Source: Smithellaceae bacterium
GTDB lineage: Bacteria > Desulfobacterota > Syntrophia > Syntrophales > Smithellaceae
Assembly: GCA_963667845.2 (NCBI GenBank)
Contig: CAXXVL010000002.1
Span: 2,400,001-2,464,000 of the forward strand
Direction: 5' to 3'
DNA: 64,000 nt
Below are positions 58,160-64,000 of this stretch, piece after piece (within the stretch, counting starts at the first letter, position 1; each line of letters opens with the position of its first letter). The notes beneath the pieces are model-generated. The model ran no database searches, was not told where the DNA came from, and saw only the letters and a program-made list of their open reading frames with translations. A program made the translations under genes and the position numbers.

Positions 58160-58987
58160 ATGCAACGTCTTAATGTCCGGCAATCTCAGATTAAAGAATG
58201 TATTGAAAAATCACTTTTCGCAATTGATCAAACGCCACATTTCTATAAGGGGGAGATACTCCTTCTCCAGCTTGTCAAGGCTGAAGCTGCGCAATTTGGC
58301 AAGTTGCATGAACGCATTGAATTTGCATTGGTGTATGACCATTATGAAGTCGATCATACTGGCACGATAAGCAGACAACATTGGCCGCTTGCAGGGAAAA
58401 CTTGGCGATATATACTTTTTTGCTCTGATACATTACCGACTATTCCATTCAGTCTAGAAGGCTTATCTCTTTCCAAAGGTTATCTGGGACAAACCAACCC
58501 TATGATGATCAGCCCAGCAGACGAAGCCAGAATATCGCCATACGTCTGGGGTCGCATAAATGGTTATGAACTCAGAGATAAGTTTGGCCCTAGCCTGGTT
58601 AAAGAAACTCTTGCTAATTATGATGTGATTCTTCATCCAAAGAGAATTAAGAAGGTTATAATTCCTGAACACGAAGAATTCTATCGAGATCCCCTCTTAG
58701 CCGAATCGCTGAAGGGTTTATATGATCATAGATGTCAAGTATGCGGTATGAATTTTAACATTAAATACAGCGAGCCTTTTGCGGAAACGCATCACATCCT
58801 TGCGTTGGCTGAAGGTGGCTTGGATGTGAGCAAGAATATAGTCGTCACTTGTCCGAATCATCATAGAATAATACACAGAACCAAAGCTGTGCTTGATTTT
58901 GCGAAACTGTCATACAAATACCCGAACGGATTAGAGGAAAGATTAGTTTTAGCTGACCACTTTGAACATAAATCATCTTGGACGTGA
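58160..58987 (+). CDS. HNH endonuclease (McrA-like C-terminus) with unassigned N-terminal domain
   Basis: CQVC..ETHHI..EGGLD..NIVVTCPNHH. Confidence 0.85.
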   Translation: MQRLNVRQSQIKECIEKSLFAIDQTPHFYKGEILLLQLVKAEAAQFGKLHERIEFALVYDHYEVDHTGTISRQHWPLAGKTWRYILFCSDTLPTIPFSLEGLSLSKGYLGQTNPMMISPADEARISPYVWGRINGYELRDKFGPSLVKETLANYDVILHPKRIKKVIIPEHEEFYRDPLLAESLKGLYDHRCQVCGMNFNIKYSEPFAETHHILALAEGGLDVSKNIVVTCPNHHRIIHRTKAVLDFAKLSYKYPNGLEERLVLADHFEHKSSWT

Positions 58988-59265
58988 TGGCTATTGATGC
59001 GGTTTAGAAAGAAGGGGACAGGTACATTTATCTTCTGAGACGGACATACCACTTAATTGAGATAAAGCTGCGGATGCCTCTCTATCCGTGACAGTTGGCG
59101 ACAGAGATCAAGACTCGGGAGAAAGAACAGGACAGTTTCGTTTATTTGTCAGCTTGCATACCATATTCAAATGGGGGTCAAATCTATAATGTTATTGGCT
59201 ATTTTAACTATTGAGCTCGATAAAAGAACGAAAAAATACGGCAGGATGAAAACAAGGAGGAAGCA

Positions 59266-60129
59266 ATGAAATTCAGTTCTGATGGCGGATCAGACATTCC
59301 CACTAAGTTGAAAATCGGTATCCCCGTTTTCGTAGTACTGCTCTTATTATTTTTCTTTATGATTCGTTCCGTCAAACCGGACGCGGGCTCTGAAGCCGTG
59401 CTGGTGCACAAACCGCTCATTTTCGGCCATGGCGGTGTTGATACCGCGCCGATAAAAACCGGGCGTTCATACGTCTGGTTTACAACCGAACCCATTTACG
59501 TGAACATGCAGCCGATTCAATTTAATGAACATTTTGAAGACTTGATGTCATCGGACGGCGTGCCGCTTGATTTCGACAGCATTATCCGGTTGAAGGTGAT
59601 TGATTCCGTATCACTGATCCGCGACTTCGGGCCGCAGTGGTATGATAAGAATGTCAAGGCGGAATTCCGAAACCGTGTCCGTCAGGCCGTTCGTAAACAC
59701 GGCATGAATGAGACAGCAATCGATACGAAAGCCATCGACGCCATTGACGCGGAAGTATCCGCGGCGATGACAAAATGCGTTGAAGACGCGAAACTGCCGC
59801 TGAAGATGATGGATGTGACCGTCGGGAAGGCCAATCCTCCCGATTCCATAAAAAGCCAGAGGGTGGAAACGGCGGCGCAGCAGCAACGCGTGCTGACCGA
59901 ACACCAAAGAAAGCTTGCCGAAGACGCCCGCAAACAGGCTGAAACAAGCCGCGCCGCTTCTGATAATGCTTATCGTCTGGCGATGGGGATGGCGCCGGAT
60001 CAGTTCATTCAACTGGAGAATATTAAAATGATGAAGGAGGTCTGTAAATCCGGAAATTGTACTTTCATCGTCGCGCCTTCAGGGGTATCACCGATTATTG
60101 ATATCAGGAAAGACGTCGTAAAGAAATGA
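59266..60129 (+). CDS. SPFH/band-7 domain membrane protein
   Basis: AAGGAGG SD; TM then SVKPDAGSEAVLV, SSDGVPLDFD, coiled-coil tail. Confidence 0.8.
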   Translation: MKFSSDGGSDIPTKLKIGIPVFVVLLLLFFFMIRSVKPDAGSEAVLVHKPLIFGHGGVDTAPIKTGRSYVWFTTEPIYVNMQPIQFNEHFEDLMSSDGVPLDFDSIIRLKVIDSVSLIRDFGPQWYDKNVKAEFRNRVRQAVRKHGMNETAIDTKAIDAIDAEVSAAMTKCVEDAKLPLKMMDVTVGKANPPDSIKSQRVETAAQQQRVLTEHQRKLAEDARKQAETSRAASDNAYRLAMGMAPDQFIQLENIKMMKEVCKSGNCTFIVAPSGVSPIIDIRKDVVKK

Positions 60130-60248
60130 TATGGAGGTAGATCGGATAGGTACAATAAAATATCGTTAATTGTGGCCATTTAGTCTCTAAATTAACGAAT
60201 ATGCATTCCAACCGTTCTATCTAATCTTTAAAAGTGAGGGACGTTTTG

Positions 60249-61442
60249 ATGCGTATATTGTCTTTGCGGTTGGTTATCGTTCTTATGTCCGTGGCTATCT
60301 TCGTCGGCTGTTCAGGGAGTAGCGACACCTCTCCGGGCGAGAGGCTGCAAGCATACGTCGATGCCACATGGAATAATTATAAAGAGCTCCATGGCCTGCC
60401 CGGCGGGGGTATGGCGGTCTATCTCGAAACGCCTGCCGGCAATTATTTTGCCTCCTCCGGCATGGCTACCGGCGTGGATCAGAACAACCGTTTCAGGATT
60501 GCAAGCAACACGAAGACCTTCACGGCTTCTGCTATTATGCTGCTGTATCAGCAGGGCAAACTCGATATTAACGATTTTATCGTCTCCGACATTCCCGGTA
60601 GTTCAAACCCTTATGTGCCCGATACACCCCAGTACAACATCCCTAACAAGGCAAGCATCAGCATCAGACACCTTCTCTCTCACACGGCAGGGGTCTTCGA
60701 TGTCACCAACGATAATATCCCCGGCAGCTGCTCTGCTCCCTATGCCGGTCAAAACTATGTGGAATACCAAGGAGCGATTGATCCCTACCACCAGTTCACA
60801 CCCGACGAGCTGGTCGGTGTGGACGCCACGTGCCAGCTTGCCTACTTCCCCCCGGGGACTGACTATAAATACTCCAACACGGGCTACTCGCTCCTCGCTA
60901 TAATTATCGATCGTGTCTCGGGCCTGTCATACGACAAGTTCGTGATGCAGAACCTTATAGCTCCTAATGCCCTTGCTTCTACGACGATTCCCATGCTCGG
61001 CACCGACCAGACGATCCCGGCCCCTTTCAACCCGGGCTACATCTGGTATAATAATGTGTGGGGGGATGCGACGGAAAGCAACATGTCGGCTAACATTGCA
61101 GAAGGCAATATCATCTCTACGCAGGCCGATCTTGCACGGTGGATCAAGCGCCTCATCACTGCCCAGGCCGGACCTACGGCCGCCTCCGTGACTGCAATGA
61201 CTACTCCAAACCCGCTGAGCGGATCAAGCAATTACGGCCTGGGCCTATCTTACACAGCCGGTTTGGGATATGGGCATGAGGGCGCACACGTCGGTTACTT
61301 CTCGCTCATGGACTATGATCCCATCGCTCATGTCACGACTATCCTTTATTTCAACGTCTGGGACTTTGCAAACCTCAAAACGGACCAAGGCACCTTACTG
61401 AAGCAGGCCGCCAAGGACGCAAGGGCCATTGTGGGATACTGA
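60249..61442 (+). CDS. Serine hydrolase (D-alanyl carboxypeptidase/beta-lactamase-like) lipoprotein
   Basis: Lipobox FVGC; ASNTK (SxxK), LLSHTAG, YSN, GHEG. Confidence 0.88.
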   Translation: MRILSLRLVIVLMSVAIFVGCSGSSDTSPGERLQAYVDATWNNYKELHGLPGGGMAVYLETPAGNYFASSGMATGVDQNNRFRIASNTKTFTASAIMLLYQQGKLDINDFIVSDIPGSSNPYVPDTPQYNIPNKASISIRHLLSHTAGVFDVTNDNIPGSCSAPYAGQNYVEYQGAIDPYHQFTPDELVGVDATCQLAYFPPGTDYKYSNTGYSLLAIIIDRVSGLSYDKFVMQNLIAPNALASTTIPMLGTDQTIPAPFNPGYIWYNNVWGDATESNMSANIAEGNIISTQADLARWIKRLITAQAGPTAASVTAMTTPNPLSGSSNYGLGLSYTAGLGYGHEGAHVGYFSLMDYDPIAHVTTILYFNVWDFANLKTDQGTLLKQAAKDARAIVGY

Positions 61443-61743
61443 CAGTCTTCCCCCTCGCCGGGAAAATCCGGAGACGCTATACCGTTCCAGACGAAAGGAT
61501 GATCGGGGTCAGGTCTTGAAATAGCAGTCTTCGTTTTATAAACCAGATGAACTAGCCGTCCGATTGAACCGCACACCTTGAATCTGGAAATAATCTCCAG
61601 GATCAGATATAGAACGACGACTGCAAAAAGGCTCAAGGTATTTATGAAGTCAGCAGAAACAGGGCGGCTCCAGTGGAGACACTGGTCGGAATCGAAAATG
61701 AGCAATGGTGCGGGATGACGGTAACAGGATAAACGAGTATTCA

Positions 61744-62043
61744 ATGGCACATCACAGTACGATCAAGGAAAACAGTTATAACAGTCTGGCCGAGCGGTTA
61801 AACATTTTTCCGCAGGGTGCTCCGCCCACGGAGTTGTTATTTAAAATCCTTAAAGTTCTTTTCTCCGAAAAGGAAGCCGAGCTTGTTTCTCTCCTTCCCA
61901 TCAAATCTTTTACCGACAAAAAAGCGGCCGCAATCTGGAAACTGAGCCCAGGTGATGCCCGGGTCATTCTGAACGATCTCGAGTACGAGGGGTCAGATCT
62001 GTCGCTGACCATAGATGTTTTGTCTGATCTCCGAAAATCTTAA
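61744..62043 (+). pseudogene. Truncated duplicate of the 5' end of the Fe-S gene at 63529
   Basis: 61723-61979 aligns without gaps to 63508-63764, then diverges and stops. Confidence 0.85.
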
Positions 62044-62076
62044 AAGAAATTGGGACCTATAAGCTAAAAAGCGCTC

Positions 62077-62138
62077 GACTATTATGCAACGCTTTGCATA
62101 ATAGTCTTGACTATCGTGCAAAGTGTTGCTAAATAGTC
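62077..62138. promoter_or_regulatory. Tandem 30-bp palindromic operators
   Basis: GACTATTATGCAA-CGCT-TTGCATAATAGTC (perfect 13-bp arms) and degenerate GACTATCGTGCAAAGTGTTGCTAAATAGTC, with TTGACT overlapping the junction. Confidence 0.7.
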
Positions 62139-62142
62139 AGGC

Positions 62143-63270
62143 ATGAAACGTTACCTTTATGATCCGATCAAAAAAGATATTAAGAAAAAAATGGTCATTC
62201 TGACTGGTCCGCGGCAGGTTGGAAAGACATGGCTGGCCAAAGAACTAATGGCTGAATTCAAATCGCCGCAGTATCTTAATTTCGACAGTATTGCCGATGC
62301 CAAAATTATCAATAATCAGTTTTGGCCGGTGCACAGCGATTTGCTTATCCTGGATGAAATCCACAAAAAGCCGCAATGGAAAAAATTCGTTAAGGGCGTT
62401 TTTGATACACGCGAAAAAAATCAGGCCCTTTTGGTAACGGGAAGCGCAAGGCTCGATACGTTTCGGCAGTCCGGCGAGTCTCTGGCCGGCCGTTATTATT
62501 CCATGCGTCTGAATCCCATTTCTGTCTCTGAGCTTAAGGAATCCGCAAAACCTGATGAGGCATTAGCACTGCTCAACCGGTTTGGCGGCTTTCCGGAACC
62601 CTTTTTATCCGGTTCGGACCGGGAGGCGACGCGCTGGCGTAATCAGTATTATACGGATTTGATCCGCGAAGACATTCTGGAGTTCGGCCGTCTGCAGGAA
62701 GTGCGCACGATGAAGCTCTTGTTGGAATTGCTTCGTTCGCGCGTGGGTTCTCCCTTGTCTTATACGTCGCTTGCGCAGGACCTTCAGATAGCCCCCAACA
62801 CGGTCCGCCGCTATATCGATATTCTGGAAAGTTTGTGCATTGTGTTTACGATACGTCCTTTTCATCACAATGTGGCCAGAGCGATTTTGAAGGAACCGAA
62901 ACTGTATTTTTACGACAGCGGATATGTCCTGGGTAACGAGGGCATCCGCCTGGAAAATACCTGCGCGGTCTGCCTGTTAAAACATGTTCAATATTTACAG
63001 GACGTAAACGGTGAGGATATTGAACTGAACTATATCAAGACTAAAGAGGGAAAAGAGGTGGATTTCGCGCTGAGCCGAAATAAGAAAGCAACGCATTTGA
63101 TTGAGGTAAAGATGGCCGAAGATTCGCCCGCCGGGTCTCTGGCTGCTTTATCAAAAAAACTCCCGGATGCTGCGGCCATTCAACTTGTTGGAAATCTCCG
63201 GCGTGAACAGCGGATAGATCATGTCTCGGTTGTCAGCGCCGGTAAATGGCTTGGGCAGTTGTCCGCATGA
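62143..63270 (+). CDS. AAA_14 ATPase with DUF4143 and C-terminal PD-(D/E)xK-like motif
   Basis: GPRQVGKT, LDEIH, TGSA, ESLAGR, KLYFYDSG, EVDF..IEVK. Confidence 0.92.
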   Translation: MKRYLYDPIKKDIKKKMVILTGPRQVGKTWLAKELMAEFKSPQYLNFDSIADAKIINNQFWPVHSDLLILDEIHKKPQWKKFVKGVFDTREKNQALLVTGSARLDTFRQSGESLAGRYYSMRLNPISVSELKESAKPDEALALLNRFGGFPEPFLSGSDREATRWRNQYYTDLIREDILEFGRLQEVRTMKLLLELLRSRVGSPLSYTSLAQDLQIAPNTVRRYIDILESLCIVFTIRPFHHNVARAILKEPKLYFYDSGYVLGNEGIRLENTCAVCLLKHVQYLQDVNGEDIELNYIKTKEGKEVDFALSRNKKATHLIEVKMAEDSPAGSLAALSKKLPDAAAIQLVGNLRREQRIDHVSVVSAGKWLGQLSA

Positions 63271-63340
63271 AAAAGATGAACCTGCGAGAGATGCTTAAAG
63301 CCAATTATCGTCTGGGTCGAATTCAGAGAACATAACGTTT

Positions 63341-63437
63341 AATCCCGCGCAAGCGGGACAGAGTTAACTCTCCGCAGCTTGCTGCGCAATAATGGCGTTC
63401 ATTTCCTGCCTCGACAGCGTGCCGCGGGGCGGTTGAT
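63341..63437 (+). repeat. ~97-bp palindromic dispersed repeat, copy 3
   Basis: AATCCCGC..GCGGGAC.GAGTTAA..CGCAGCTTGCTGCG..GTTCATTTC..CCTCGACAGC..GGTTGAT. Confidence 0.85.
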
Positions 63438-63528
63438 TTATCTTGAACAATGAAATAAAGAGAATTGTCCCTCTATCTGTAAATTTATTCTTAAGTGTTT
63501 TCTGCCCAACAGGATAAACGAGTATTCA

Positions 63529-64000
63529 ATGGCACATCACAATACTATCAAGGCGAACAGATACAACAGTCTGGCCGAGCGGTTAAACATTTTTCCGCAG
63601 GGTGCTCCACCCACGGAGTTGTTATTCAAGATCCTTAAAGTTCTTTTTTCCGAAAAGGAAGCAGAGCTTGTTTCTCTCCTTCCCATCAAATCTTTTACTG
63701 ACAAAAAAGCAGCCGCAATCTGGAAACTCAGTCTTGGTGATGCCCGGGTTATTTTGAACGATCTTGCCGACCGGGGGATTCTTCTCGATTTCGAGGAAGG
63801 CGAAGACACTACCTATGTTCTTCCTCCGCCCATGGCGGGATTCTTTGAATTTTCCATGATGCGCTATAGGAAAGATGTCGATCAAAAAATTCTGGCGGAG
63901 CTGTTTTATCAGTACCTGAATGTTGAAGAGGATTTCATAAAAGATCTGTTCCTGAACGGAGAAACTCAGTTGGGAAGGGTTTTTATAAACGAAAGTGTCC
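63529..64000 (+). CDS. Probable 4Fe-4S dicluster protein, 5' part (runs off window)
   Basis: Not in ORF track. Open frame MAHHNTIKANRYNSLAERLNIFPQGAPPTELLFKIL..LPPPMAGFFEFSMM. Cys motifs lie outside the window, so the product is inferred from the N-terminus. Confidence 0.65.
   Translation, partial: MAHHNTIKANRYNSLAERLNIFPQGAPPTELLFKILKVLFSEKEAELVSLLPIKSFTDKKAAAIWKLSLGDARVILNDLADRGILLDFEEGEDTTYVLPPPMAGFFEFSMMRYRKDVDQKILAELFYQYLNVEEDFIKDLFLNGETQLGRVFINESV

Noticed and set aside
45430..61442. Two serine hydrolases as true beta-lactamases
   Set aside because: The fold is shared with peptidases and esterases; both have HxG rather than the KTG of class C enzymes

Overview
Bacterial chromosomal window; gene content suggests an anaerobic Desulfobacterota/Syntrophales-like organism (inference only). 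The first ~47 kb holds metabolic, envelope and signalling genes: a tungsten AOR-family oxidoreductase, an Hpt / receiver-fused PilB-GspE ATPase / hybrid kinase trio, a divergent GH16-like lipoprotein, AsmA, an L,D-transpeptidase-VanX-symporter operon, a diguanylate cyclase, alpha-2-macroglobulin plus PbpC, and several secreted serine hydrolases. From ~46.9 kb the window becomes an accessory/defence region. Six co-oriented heptamer-repeat tracts separate individual genes or operons: RhuM and ORF6N remnants, an acyl-CoA synthetase alpha subunit, an AAA/DUF4143 ATPase, menA, an AbiE toxin-antitoxin pair, and an AT-rich four-gene cassette. Four of the tracts end in a sigma70-like promoter. The cassette encodes a MazG-like pyrophosphatase, a nuclease-DUF2075 helicase with a LexA-like S24 tail, an SRA-like HNH and a second HNH. 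A second AAA/DUF4143 gene lies between two diverged 257-bp copies of the 5' end of an Fe-S gene. A ~97-bp palindromic repeat occurs three times. No tRNA, rRNA, CRISPR array, integrase or transposase was seen. All family calls come from motif recognition by eye, not database searches.
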